Source: Calditrichia bacterium (GTDB lineage Bacteria; Calditrichota; Calditrichia; JAJRVZ01). Taken from it: 64,000 nucleotides of DNA. Position numbers and translations under genes: made by a program. How positions within the stretch are numbered: position 1 is the first letter of the stretch; the number at the start of each line of letters is the position of its first letter. Below the pieces are notes generated by a model. It was given only the letters and a program-made list of their open reading frames with translations. It was not told the origin of the DNA and searched no databases. Positions 19,630 to 31,361 of this stretch are shown here, piece after piece. The stretch lies in contig CAWCNS010000004.1 in the NCBI GenBank assembly GCA_963796965.1, positions 1-64,000 on the forward strand, given 5' to 3'.

Positions 19630-19966
19630 TATTGAATGATGTTTCTAACTTGATTTTAAGTGAAGTTCACGGACTGTCGTAAAACCTCACCCCGCTCTTT
19701 TAAGGTATATTGCTGTACGCACCTCTCGCTATTTGTAACCGTTAATGTTCATGTGTACATTTGTTAAAAATTATGGCATCTAAAAGGCAAACATAACAGG
19801 ATGTAGCTGACGATTATGTCCGGGCATTCAACGGCACGGCCGATTTTTTACCTTGATCGTAAAAATATAATTGGTAGGCATGTTTGGAATAACCCACTTG
19901 TTTTTACCGTTTGAATGTTACTTGTTAACACCTGAAGGAATACAAAAAGAGGATATCCATATTAGA

Positions 19967-20968
19967 ATGAAAGTGTATGTACCAAAGTTAAACAAAATAC
20001 TCATTGTTGTATTTTTACTCATAATGATCTCATGTTCAACAATTGATTATATGAATGATGGTGGTAATCATTTAAAAACAAACAGGTCCGGGAATGAGAT
20101 AAGTCTGTTTACATATAACATTAAAGCAATTTATGATAAAAAAGAAGGTCAAATTGATTCATTAATGGGATACATCACAAAAGAGAAATTTGATTTTGTA
20201 TTGTTTCAAGAATTGTTTGATGAAAGCACACGCGATGAAATAATTGATAAATCTGATACCTCTTTTTATTCTACAATAATATCACGGGTCGATTATAATT
20301 CTTTTCCTGAATTTTTGTTTCAAGATGCCGGATTATACATGATGGCCAGCTATCCAAGAATTGATTTGTCAGAAATAGACTTTGGCGAAGATGTGAAAAA
20401 CTCAAATGGGATTGTTCATATGATTCTGGAGAAGGAAATATCCAAGACAAATGATTATTTAGCAAACAAATCCGTTATGGGCTCACTCTTTGCCATAAAC
20501 GATACAACCCGGTTGTTTTTGTTTAATACACATGTTCAGGCTATTGGAACAAGAGAACATAAACAATTCCAGATGAAACAAATTTATTCGTTTATAGACA
20601 CTACAGTAACTAAAGTCGTTGAATCCCGCTTTGTAAATTCATCCGAAAATCTGATTGTAATATTAGCAGGTGATTTTAACAGTAATGCTTATAGCCCGGA
20701 ATCTTTTCGTGCCATGTTAAATATACTAGGTAATCCCCGTGACCTGCATATGGAATTTAATGGCAATAAACAGGAGTATACCTGGCGATATAATTCAAAA
20801 AGCCGACCGAGACGATTCGATTATGTTCTTGCTTATGATAGCATAAACAAGAGTACTTTAAAAGCGGTAAACGCAACATCCATCAATACGAAGGAAGTTA
20901 AAGATGATCAGAATAACAGTATTTCAGATCATAAGGCATTAAAAGCAAAAATAAGATTAAATAAGTAA
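19967..20968 (+). CDS. Endonuclease/exonuclease/phosphatase (sphingomyelinase-like) lipoprotein
   Basis: Lipobox MISC; TYNI, LFQELF, NTHVQA, AGDFNS, RFDYV, ISDH motifs. Confidence 0.88.
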   Translation: MKVYVPKLNKILIVVFLLIMISCSTIDYMNDGGNHLKTNRSGNEISLFTYNIKAIYDKKEGQIDSLMGYITKEKFDFVLFQELFDESTRDEIIDKSDTSFYSTIISRVDYNSFPEFLFQDAGLYMMASYPRIDLSEIDFGEDVKNSNGIVHMILEKEISKTNDYLANKSVMGSLFAINDTTRLFLFNTHVQAIGTREHKQFQMKQIYSFIDTTVTKVVESRFVNSSENLIVILAGDFNSNAYSPESFRAMLNILGNPRDLHMEFNGNKQEYTWRYNSKSRPRRFDYVLAYDSINKSTLKAVNATSINTKEVKDDQNNSISDHKALKAKIRLNK

Positions 20969-21173
20969 TTAGCATAGGTATAAAAGCATTAATCACCGGT
21001 CCTGCTGGCAGGGTAGAGAGCCACAATCCCCTGGAAAAAGATAAATTCTCCCGATCTATAATATCGTTATCCGGCCGACAGATCGGGATTAAATCCTCCA
21101 AGATTTAATAAGCCGAAACTATTGCCGCGGGGATCCCTTCGGGAAGATCCTAAACATATCCCAAATTATAATA

Positions 21174-21240
21174 CTACTGCAGAAGTATCATCTTCTTCCC
21201 TTTCTTATAGTCACCCGCCAGCAACTGGTCGTGGTAGATC
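21174..21240 (-). pseudogene. Remnant of a C-terminal sorting domain
   Basis: Translates IYHDQLLAGDYKKGKKMILLQ*, like the ends of the genes at 38791 and 41692. The downstream aattata is also shared with ~41682. Confidence 0.7.
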
Positions 21241-21488
21241 ATCCAGGTTAGTTAAAGACAAAGCGGGTGTTCATATTTATGGCGATTAATTCTTTGTGGA
21301 TGGTATATTATCTAATCTGTTTTTAGTATATTCCATGAGAGTGACCGAAAGGAAAATGGCTAAACAGTCGTTCATTTTTAAACGGATTAATCTGGACGAT
21401 TACAAGGTAGAAGAACGGCGAAGCCAACCAATTCTCCATAAAAACCGAAGTCTATTTTCCAGAATAAAACCAATGGCTGGAGGTACTT

Positions 21489-22873
21489 ATGCAGACTAAA
21501 ACAACACGGAGACAATTTCTTAAAAAAGCCACCCTCACAGCCGGGATATTGACATTTCCGAGACATTGTTCCTGCCACTGTGCTGGGCCGTGGCAAAAAT
21601 ATCCCCCCAAGTGACCGAATCGTGATGGGGTGTATCGGCGTAGGGGGTCAGGGTACGTTTAACATGCTGGCTTTTGCCAGCCAACCCGATGTTCAAATAG
21701 TTGCCTTATGCGATGTGGATGAAGGCGTAGGCTATTATGATAACCTTTACCAATTCCCAGGCAGCCAGGCAGCTGGATTAGCACCTGCCAGGGAGAGACT
21801 AATTAAGCATTATGCTGATAAAAATGAACCGATATCTCTTGCGAGTATTGAAAGTTATAAAGACTTCCGTGAACTGCTTGCCCGCACAGATATTGATGCC
21901 GTCACTGTTTGTACGCCAGATCATTGGCACGGTTTGATTTCAATTGCAGCATTACAATCAGGCAAAGATGTTTATTGTGAAAAACCTCTGGTAAACAGCA
22001 TTGATGAAGGCAGGGCTGTCTGCGATGCCGTTCGTGAATACGGAAGAATTCTCCAAACCGGAAGTCACGAGCGCTCCAATGACAGTGTTCGCTATGCATA
22101 TGAATTGGTCAGGAACGGCAGAATAGGTAAACTGCATACGATCTATATCAACATGCCGAACAACGATCCGCATCACATAAGACTTCGAAAAAACACTGGT
22201 CCCAAACCGGTTATGCCCATTCCAGATGGATTTGATTATAACATGTGGCTTGGTCCGACACCATGGGCAGATTATACCCGGGAGCGCACCCATTTTTGGT
22301 GGCGCTTTATTTTGGAATATGGAGGTGGTGAAATGACCGACCGCGGCGCTCATATCATAGATTTAGCACAGTTCATTAATGATGCCGATGATAGCGGCCC
22401 TGTGGAGATCTTTGGCAAGGGCAGACCAATTGGTAACGGACTGTATGATTGTTTTATTGAATATGACTTTGAATGCATCTATCAAAATGGCGTTCGGCTC
22501 ATCGGGGGCAGTGAAGGGGACCGCGGTCTCAAACTGGTCGGCAGTGACGGCTGGATTTCCATACATATACACGGCGGTCGTCTGGATGCCGAACCCAAAA
22601 CAATTTTAAAAGAGTCCATATCACCCAGTGAAATACATGTTGAAAGAAGCCCCGGCCACCACCGGAATTTTCTTGATTCCGTTAAATCGCGAAAGAAACC
22701 GGTAGCTCATGAAGAAATAGGCCATCGCACAGCGACCATTTGCCATTTGGTTAATATTGCTATGTTAACGGAAAGAAAAGCTAAAATGGGATCCGGAGCG
22801 GGAACAGATCACCAATGACGATAAAGTAAACAAGATGGTTCCCAAACCAAAGCGTAGTCCATGGCGGATATAA
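21489..22873 (+). CDS. Tat-exported Gfo/Idh/MocA oxidoreductase (frameshifts near both ends)
   Basis: GGAGG RBS and MQTKTTRRQFLKK; IGVGGQG, CTPDHWH, GKDVYCEKP, MWLGP, GGGEMTDRGAHIID. The alternative frame ends ...RSPWRI*. Confidence 0.9.
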
Positions 22874-22886
22874 TAAGGAGTATGAA

Positions 22887-24966
22887 ATGGATGAAAAGAA
22901 AAACAGATTAATGCCGATAATTCCATTTTTGCTTGTAATGTTTCTGGCATCTCCCCTGTTGTTCAGTAAAAGTGCGGATATAAAGGCGCAGGCCGATGAG
23001 ATTTTGCTGCTCGTTAAAGATTACGAGTACGGTCAGAATCGTGAGCACTTGTCACAATTTTCCAATCTTGTCAGAAATGCGTACGATTTTCAGCAAGATT
23101 TAGCAATCATAGAAAAGAGTATGTTAAATTTGCTCAATTCCGAGGCAACTTTTGCCGCCAAACAATTTATTTGTCAGGAACTCAGTATCATTGGCACGCG
23201 AGAATCTGTACCGGTTCTAGGCGGTATGCTGAACAACGAGAAAGAAGCGGGCATTGCACTATATGCCTTAGAGCGTATTCCTGGTTCTGAAGTGGATAAA
23301 GTGCTTCGAGAGGCCATTTCTGAGAGTGAAGGTATGGCCAAAATTGGCATCATAAACACAATTGGTAGACGCCGCGATATGGGGGCCGTCGATGCCTTGG
23401 TTGGATTATTAGATGATGTCGGATCAGGTTATTGTTGCGGCTGCCGCTGCAGCGCTGGGAAATATTGGCAATGATGCGTCTGCCAGAGCGTTAGCGAAAG
23501 CGGCCGCTAAAAGCAGCGGCAGTAATAAACAAGAGATACAAAATGCCTACTTGAAGTGTGCCGATCGATTAGCACTCCAGGGAGAAATAACACAAGCATA
23601 TGCCATTTATAACGCGCTTTATAATGCCGAGAATCCCTTACCGGTTCGATCAGCGGCTCTTATCGGTAAGATAAATGCAGCAGGAAGTCAAGGAGATCAG
23701 GAAATTCTTTCTGTGATCAGGTCTGGTGATAAAGAAGTTAAGCAAATTGCCATTGCTATGTTAGGCGATATTCCTTCAACGAAAAATCTTGCTGATATTG
23801 TCGCTGAACTACCCAATTTGTCTATTGAAAATCAGGTACAATTGCTCACCTCCTTGGTTGAATTAGCGAACAAAACCGTTCACCAATCTGTCGTTAATTC
23901 GACGCAACATGAAGACACACGCGTGCGCGTTGTCGCGCTAAAGGCACTTGCCGATCTAGGACAAAGTCAGGATGTAATGCTTTTAGCCGAAGCAGCTGCC
24001 ACAGGCGAGAATGTTGAAAAAAGGGCTGCCCGGGAAAGCTTGAATCTGTTAAATGCTCCTGGAACAGAAGAGGAAATTATTGACGGTGTTTCAAAAAGCC
24101 AGGGTGCTGTAAAAATTGAATTAATCAAGAGTATAGCGAGCCGGAGCATGCACACCTCAGTTAATTTATTATTTGGAACAGTACAAGATAGCAACCTAAA
24201 CGTTCGTCTTGAGTCTTTTAAAACCCTTGCCCCGGTTGCTGGTCCGGATAGCTTGCCTAAGCTAATTGATTTATTGGTCAATGTTCAAAATGATATGGAA
24301 CGTAAGGAAGCTGAAAAGGCAGTTGTGGCCGTATCTCAGAGAATACCACAAATAGAAAAACAAGGTGATGCGGTTTTGAAAAAATTAACAACCGTTGAGG
24401 ATATAAAGGCACGCGGATCCTTGTTACAGGTTCTGGGCCGGATCGCTGATAAAGATGCCCTGCCTGTTTTGTACAAGGATTTAACAAATGAAAATTCCGA
24501 TATTCAGATTGCCGCAATTCGAGGACTTTCTTATTGGCCAACACCTGAGCCTGCTAATGAGTTGCTAAAGATTGCCAAAACATCAGATAATCACGTACAA
24601 CAGATACTGGCCTTGCGCGGGTATATAGGATTGACAGGTCTTGAAAGCGATCGACCGCCCGAAGAAACCATTAATATGTATAAAACAGCCATGGACCTGG
24701 CACCCAACGTCAATGAAAAACGCATGGTTTTATCCGGATTGTCCAACCTAAACAGTCTGTCAGCACTTGAAATGGCAGCCAATTATATTAACGAAAATGA
24801 TCTCAAGCAAGAGGCCGAAGTTGCCGCCATTAAAATCGCCGGGAATATAGGAAAGCAGTATCCACAGAAGGCAAAAGAGATTCTTGTTAAAGTAGTTGAT
24901 ACCTCAACGAATGAGCGCATTAAAAGGGAAGCCCAGGGAATTATTAAGGAAATCAATGAACAATAA
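22887..24966 (+). CDS. Secreted HEAT-repeat protein (frameshift near 23420)
   Basis: Signal peptide and repeated AAAALGNIG / VALKALADLG / AAIRGLSYWP helical units. No catalytic domain seen. Confidence 0.85.
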
Positions 24967-25163
24967 AAGCTGCCAGCTGGCCGGCGAAACCGGACAAAAA
25001 TCGAGACCGAAAGGAACGAAAGAGAATTCTTTTGTGGAGAAGCGTAATAATTTGTACTTAGGTGGTTCAAAAATATTGTGTTTTAATGGGTTGCCAAATT
25101 TAAAACCATGTGAATTATTCGGAGAAACTATCATTTAACTATAATTGCGATGGGGGCATTCAG

Positions 25164-26463
25164 ATGAAACAGATTTTTAAGGTGTTTGAGATCTATTTAA
25201 TTTTTAAGCTTTGTATTATTAGCGAATGTAAATTTATATTCTCAACCAGAAACTATCCACCATAGGGCTGTTATTAAACCTTCGCTGGTTTATATGAATA
25301 CAGGCCATAAAGCAGCCCTTTAAAGTTGTGATGTCTGCAACACGATTAATGGCTGCCAGAAATCCGGAAAAAGTTATTTGGTCGGTCAACGAAATCCCGG
25401 GCGGTAATAATCAAATTGGTACCATTGATGAAAATGGCTTATATCAAGCGCCTGATCAGATTCCAAAACCGTGTGAAATTCATATCTGCGCCTATGTAGA
25501 GGAGGCGCAAAATAACTACCTGTTTGCAACTGTTATAATCGGTGAAACCGCACCAAAATATAAATCACTGCGAATCTGGACAGAGAAAGTGAACGGGTCG
25601 GAAACACGTCTTAAGTCCCCACATGGCATTGGATTGGACAAAGAAGGCAACATTCTGATTAGCTGATCAAACGGCTTCCCGAGTATTTCGATATACTGAT
25701 ATAGGAGAATTTGTGGGTGAAATTGGAGAAGGACCGGGTAGTGAACCCGGTTATTTTAATCAGCCGCGGGAAGTGAGAAGTGATCCAAACGGCAATATTT
25801 ATGTAACCGACAGCAAAGGAGACAGACCGCGAATTCAGGTCTTTGATCATGCAGGGAAATTACTTCGTATTTTTGGTGTGAAAGGGCGGGGGGCTGGACA
25901 ATTGCTTCGCTCCCATGGTATTGGATTTGGTCCGAAAGGCAGAGTATTTATTACTGATGTGGATAATATGCGCGTGAATGTATATGAATCCGCTGGTAAA
26001 TTTCTTTACTATTTCAGTGGAGGATTTGCTTATGAAAATATGAATCCAAATGAAATGAATGCACCACATGGAATTTTTGTTGATCGAAGCGGTGATGTTT
26101 TTGTAAACAGTTACTATGGCCCAACGCAAAAATATACGCCCGAAGGGGCAGTGCTTTTAGCATTTGCTCATGGTGATCCCCCGGATGGTCCCGGTCTATT
26201 TTCATAGTCTGACAGGAGACAAATGGGGAAATGTTTATTTGTTAGTCAGAAGCAAAGAAGGCTATCAGGGCGCAATCGAAAACAATGCAGGAAAGAAGAT
26301 CAGCATGATGAAATTCAATAACACTGGTGATTTTATTACGAGTTGGAGTTTTTCCAATCCAAAACATAGCGAGACAACGGCAGTGGTTGATGACAATGGA
26401 TTGGTATATGCGCTTTTTTCCGGAAACAAAGAAATGGGAGTCGAAATATTTGTCGAAGAATAA
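25164..26463 (+). CDS. NHL-repeat beta-propeller protein with N-terminal Ig-like segment (several frameshifts)
   Basis: WSVNEIPGGNNQIGTIDENGLYQAP; PHGIGLDKEGNIL; FNQPREV..D.NGNIYVTD; PHGIFVDRSGDVFV. Confidence 0.75.
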
Positions 26464-26536
26464 TTAATAATATCGATGAATAACCCTGCCGTAAATTAAA
26501 CTATGATAATTATTCTTTTGTAATTATATTCTGATC

Positions 26537-29500
26537 ATGAGCACATCTGTAACATTATCAACTTTTGCCCTACTCAGCAGTTTTATTTTGCAATCGTTCG
26601 GCAGTGAAAATACAATTATCTGGCAAATCGGTGAGGCGGATAACAGCAGCAAGGAGTTTGCGCTCACTCCAAACGAATACGAACAATTCCTCGAAAATGA
26701 TTTTGGCTGGGAAGACCGGTTTTTTCTTATAGGTAAATCAAGAAGTGAAAAAGACTGGCCGTATGTATTGCCAGGCCCCAATGATACATGGGGAGGCACC
26801 TGGTCAACATCGGGCTGGCGTTCGCATACATTAAATATACTTTTCGGCATCGATGTGCTTCCTGAAGATGGCAGTTGGAAACTAATTGTGGATATTCAGG
26901 ATACTGATACTGAGGATGCTCCTGTTTTTAAAATAAATATCAATGGCAAATCATGGAAATTCACCTTACCCAAAGGTTCCGGTAACAATACTCTTGAAGG
27001 TGAATCGTCAATGGGATTTGAGTATTTAATCGAAATCCCGATTCCCGCTAATTTGATAAAAAGCGGCGGTAACCACATCAGCATGACCACCATTCAAGGG
27101 TCATGGTTACTGTTCGATCAAATTCGCCTGGAGGGTCCGGCCGGCACAAAACTGAAAGAGAGCAGTCAGGTATTCCTGAGGGATGTATATTCTGCTGACT
27201 ATGAAATTGAGAGGGATTCAGGAAACGCCCAACCTTTGTTAGTCGATATTGAACATCTTGCAGGTACACCGGAAATTAAGGTCGTGCTTGATGGCGCTGA
27301 AATTTTTAGTGCTGTAATTGAACAAGGAAGGTATATATTCGAGGCGCCGATGCCCGCTGTTTCAGCAGTAAATAACAGTGAATACCGGGTTTTAGTTGAC
27401 GGACAGCAGATTCAGGAGGGTCAGGTTGAGCGGTCTCCGCAGGAGCAAATATCATTGGCTGAATATGTCGATACAAAAATCGGGACGGCACATTCAAGAT
27501 GGATGATTGCTCCGGGACCCTGGATGCCGTTCAGCATGGTCAAACTGAGCCCGGATAATCAGAATGGAGGCTGGCAGGCCGGTTATGATCCCATATTTGA
27601 AAACGTGGGCGGTTTTAGCCACATACATGAATGGACTATGGCAGGTTTGTCATTTATGCCGACCAACGGCAACTTAAAAATTGATGTCGGGGACCAAAGA
27701 AATCCGGATGAAGGATATCGTTCGCGGATAAACAAAGATACGGAAGAAGCACCAATTGGATATTACATGGTGGAGTTAACCGACTATGATATTATCGCGG
27801 AAATAACGGCAACGACACGCGGCGGATTTCAGCGTTATACTTTTCCAAAAAAGAAAGAAGGATCGCGGATACTTATTGATCTTCAGATTCCTGCGGAATA
27901 TGCCTACAATATTGAAGAAGTATTTCTCAAAAAAGTAAGTGACCATCGTGTGATCGGTTACAGTAAACAATTCTCACCAAATACGTGGAGTGGCGGTATC
28001 TCACAGGAATATACCGTTCATTTTGTTGCTGAGTTCGATCAGCCGATAATTAATTATGGTGTCTGGACTGATAAAGGTATTGATGAAAATAATGCCGAAC
28101 TTCATTTACAGAAATGTGTGGATGCCGGAGCGTATTTTGAATTTGACACCGGCGAAAATCAGGTCGTGCAGGTTCGTACGGCCATTTCTTATGTGAGTAT
28201 TGAGAATGCTTCTGAAAATCTGGAAACGGAAATCAGCAGACCATTCCACTGGGATTTTGAAGCGGTCCGGTTAAACAATATGAACACTTGGAATGAACTG
28301 TTTAATCGATTAAAGATTTCCACCATGGACAGGCGTGAGAAAGTAAGGTTCTATACAAATATGTACCGTGCATTATGCAGCAGGAATACATTCAGCGATG
28401 TTAACGGGCAATGGGTTGATGCGGATGAAAAGGTCAGGCAGTTAAAAGATCCAAATTATCGGGCATTAGGCTGTGACGCATTCTGGAATACATTTTGGAA
28501 CCTGAACCAGTTCTGGAATTTATTAACACCGGAGTGGAGCAACAATTGGGTAAATTCGCAGCTTGCCATGTATGACGCAGGCGGCTGGCTGGCGAAAGGA
28601 CCGGCAGGAATGGAATACATTCCGGTGATGGTTGCGGAGCATGAAATTCCGCTTATTGTCAGTGCACATCAGATGGGGATTGATGGATTCGATAAAGAAA
28701 AAGCATTTGAGGCTGTCAAAAAAATGCAGACAACACCGGGTCAGGTAGTTGGAGGCGGTTTTGCGGGTAATCGGGATTTAGAAAGCTATTTAAAATATAA
28801 ATATGTACCTTCGGATAAGGGCCGATTTTCAAACACCCTGGAGTATTCATTTGACGACTGGACAGTTGCACAGTATGCAAAATCCTTACAGAAAGAAGAA
28901 GATTACAATCAATTTATAGAACGCGGTTATTATTGGCAGAATGTAATTGATACGGTAAGCGGATATGCGCGCCTGAAACTCTCGGATGGCAGTTGGGAGG
29001 CCGATTTTCATCCCTATAAGTCAGGTGCCAATCATCATTATGTTGAAGGGAATGCCTGGCAGTTAACCTTTTTTGTCCCACAGGATGTGCCCGCTTTAGC
29101 TAAGGCAATTGGAAAAGAACGCTTTATAGAACGCCTTGACTGGGGTTTTAGTGAAAGTTATAAAACCAGGTTTAACGGTAAAAACGATCAGTATTGGAAC
29201 TATCCGGTTGTTCAGGGTAATCAGCAGTCTATGCATTTTGCATTCCTTTTTAACTGGGTTGATAGGCCATGGCTAACCCAAAAATGGAGCCGGGCAATAC
29301 TTGAACGATATTATGGTTATGGATCGGCTGATGCTTATCTTGGTGACGAGGACCAGGGACAAATGAGCGCCTGGTTTATTATGGCTTCAATCGGATTATT
29401 CCAGACGGATGGCGGCTGCAGAGTTGATCCGATTTATGAAATAGGCAGTCCGCTTTTCGGTAAGCTTGAAATCGATCTGGGCAAGCGATTTGGGCGTGGT

Positions 29501-29698
29501 GATAAATTTACGATCGAAGCAAAAAATGCCTCCCGATTGAATAAATATGTTCAGTCAGCAAAATTAAATGGTATGATTCTGAATGACTTTAAATTTTCCG
29601 CAAGTGAATTATTAAAAGGCGGAAAACTGGAACTGGAAATGGGTCCTGAATCGAATAAGAATTGGGGAACAGGAAAATCTTTAAGGAGTAAAAAATGA
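26537..29698 (+). CDS. GH92 alpha-mannosidase with an N-terminal lyase/CBM-like domain
   Basis: YVDTKIGT, PFSMVKLSPD, GFSHIH, TLEYSFDDW, YVEGNAWQ, GDEDQGQMSAW, YEIGSP. Confidence 0.93.
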   Translation: MSTSVTLSTFALLSSFILQSFGSENTIIWQIGEADNSSKEFALTPNEYEQFLENDFGWEDRFFLIGKSRSEKDWPYVLPGPNDTWGGTWSTSGWRSHTLNILFGIDVLPEDGSWKLIVDIQDTDTEDAPVFKININGKSWKFTLPKGSGNNTLEGESSMGFEYLIEIPIPANLIKSGGNHISMTTIQGSWLLFDQIRLEGPAGTKLKESSQVFLRDVYSADYEIERDSGNAQPLLVDIEHLAGTPEIKVVLDGAEIFSAVIEQGRYIFEAPMPAVSAVNNSEYRVLVDGQQIQEGQVERSPQEQISLAEYVDTKIGTAHSRWMIAPGPWMPFSMVKLSPDNQNGGWQAGYDPIFENVGGFSHIHEWTMAGLSFMPTNGNLKIDVGDQRNPDEGYRSRINKDTEEAPIGYYMVELTDYDIIAEITATTRGGFQRYTFPKKKEGSRILIDLQIPAEYAYNIEEVFLKKVSDHRVIGYSKQFSPNTWSGGISQEYTVHFVAEFDQPIINYGVWTDKGIDENNAELHLQKCVDAGAYFEFDTGENQVVQVRTAISYVSIENASENLETEISRPFHWDFEAVRLNNMNTWNELFNRLKISTMDRREKVRFYTNMYRALCSRNTFSDVNGQWVDADEKVRQLKDPNYRALGCDAFWNTFWNLNQFWNLLTPEWSNNWVNSQLAMYDAGGWLAKGPAGMEYIPVMVAEHEIPLIVSAHQMGIDGFDKEKAFEAVKKMQTTPGQVVGGGFAGNRDLESYLKYKYVPSDKGRFSNTLEYSFDDWTVAQYAKSLQKEEDYNQFIERGYYWQNVIDTVSGYARLKLSDGSWEADFHPYKSGANHHYVEGNAWQLTFFVPQDVPALAKAIGKERFIERLDWGFSESYKTRFNGKNDQYWNYPVVQGNQQSMHFAFLFNWVDRPWLTQKWSRAILERYYGYGSADAYLGDEDQGQMSAWFIMASIGLFQTDGGCRVDPIYEIGSPLFGKLEIDLGKRFGRGDKFTIEAKNASRLNKYVQSAKLNGMILNDFKFSASELLKGGKLELEMGPESNKNWGTGKSLRSKK

Positions 29699-31044
29699 AA
29701 ATAACGCGCAGATCTTTTCTAAAAACAGGTATTTCATTACCCTTTGTAATGTATGCGTCATCGTGCTCTACAAAATTGGCATCGAAATCAAGTAATGACC
29801 GTCTTCGTGTCGGTGTGATTGGTATGGGTAAGCAGGGAAGATACCTTTTGCAGCAATTTTTTTCCTGGGGCCAGGTTGTTGCCGTTTGTGATGTCGATAC
29901 GACACGAAGGGAAGATGCTCGCAGAATAGTTGATGAATATTATAAGAATAATCCGGATATAGGTGTTGCCAGCTGCAAGGCCTACAATGATTATGAGGAA
30001 ATTCTTTCGCGGGAAGATATCGATGCGGTATGTATAACGACGCCGGACCATTGGCATACCCCCATTGTATTAGATAGTCTACGGGCGGGAAAAGATGTCT
30101 ATTGCGAAAAACCGCTGACTCATAATATCGCAGAGGCTGTGGCGATTATAAATGAAGTGGATGCGACCAGGCGTATCTTGCAAACGGGTTCGATGCAGCG
30201 ATCGATGACGGAGTTCAGAGTAGCCTGTGAATTAGCTCGCAACGAAGTTATTGGTCCTATCGAGAAAATTGAATGCGGGTTTGGAGATCCGGCAATTCCC
30301 TGTGACCTGCCTGAGGAAGCCATGGAGCCTGGTCTGGACTGGAACCTCTGGCTGGGGCCTGCCCCGGAGCGTCCCTACAATTCGGAATTAAGCCCCCGCG
30401 GTATTCATAAGCATTTTCCTAATTGGCGTAGATACCGTGAATATGGCGGCGGGATGGTAACGGATTGGGGGGCTCATCATCTTGATATTGCCCAGTGGGC
30501 ATTAGGAATGGATGAGAGCGGCCCGGTCAAAATCGTACCGCCGGAAGACAGGAATGCCAAAACAGGTGCGCGTCTTATCTATGAAAATGGTGTGGAAGTG
30601 ATCCATAAAAATGAGCCGGAGAGCAGCCATCCTGGCGTGGTTATTTATGGGGAAAAAGGGCGCATCATCGTTAACCGCGGCCGCTTTCAGCTTGACTTGA
30701 ATGGCAAGACCATTACCAAATTTTTCAGTCGTGAAGATGGCGGTTCTCTGGAATCAAAGGTATTATTAGTAGAGCGTGATTATTTAAAAGATGCAAAAGT
30801 AAAACTATACAAGGTCAAAGGCAGCCATGTGGGGGATTTCGTCACCTGCGTAAATACCCGTAAAAAACCTATAACACATGAGGGAGTCGGCGCACATACC
30901 GCCATCTGCTGCCATTTAACCAATCTTGCTTATTTTCATGGTGAAGAAATGCATTGGGATCCGGTAAATTTTGCTTTTACCGATGGCACGGGAAAAGCAG
31001 AATGGCTAAGCGGCAATCCGAGAGATTATAAAAAGATAAGCTGA
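29695..31044 (+). CDS. Tat-exported Gfo/Idh/MocA oxidoreductase
   Basis: MKITRRSFLK; IGMGKQG, TPDHWH, GKDVYCEKP, GGGMVTDWGAHHLDIAQW. Confidence 0.92.
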   Translation: MKITRRSFLKTGISLPFVMYASSCSTKLASKSSNDRLRVGVIGMGKQGRYLLQQFFSWGQVVAVCDVDTTRREDARRIVDEYYKNNPDIGVASCKAYNDYEEILSREDIDAVCITTPDHWHTPIVLDSLRAGKDVYCEKPLTHNIAEAVAIINEVDATRRILQTGSMQRSMTEFRVACELARNEVIGPIEKIECGFGDPAIPCDLPEEAMEPGLDWNLWLGPAPERPYNSELSPRGIHKHFPNWRRYREYGGGMVTDWGAHHLDIAQWALGMDESGPVKIVPPEDRNAKTGARLIYENGVEVIHKNEPESSHPGVVIYGEKGRIIVNRGRFQLDLNGKTITKFFSREDGGSLESKVLLVERDYLKDAKVKLYKVKGSHVGDFVTCVNTRKKPITHEGVGAHTAICCHLTNLAYFHGEEMHWDPVNFAFTDGTGKAEWLSGNPRDYKKIS

Positions 31045-31046
31045 AA

Positions 31047-31361
31047 GTAATCTTAGCCGGTGAATTTAACAGCAATGCTTATAGCCCGGAATATTTTCGT
31101 ACGATGTTAAATATACTAGGTAATCCCCGTGACTTGCATATGGAATTTAATGGCAATAAACAGGAGTTTACCTGGCGGTTTAAATCAAGTAACAGACCAA
31201 GACGATTCGACTATATTCTCGCTTATAATAGTTTGGGCACGAATACTTTTAAAAAGGTAGCCGCAACATATATAAATACTAAAGATGTGAGAGATGATCA
31301 GGATAATTGTATTTCAGATCACCAAGCATTAAAAGCAAACCTAAGATTAATAAGTAATTAA
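31047..31361 (+). pseudogene. 5'-truncated paralog of the EEP gene at 19967
   Basis: Nucleotide match to ~20657-20968 (VILAGEFNSNAYSPE...MLNILGNPRDLHMEFNGNKQE...ISDH). Begins right after the oxidoreductase stop. Confidence 0.9.

Noticed and set aside
19786..19830. Additional integron core or attI-like site (ACATAAC...TTATGT)
   Set aside because: Only a short core match with no L boxes or matching partner site.
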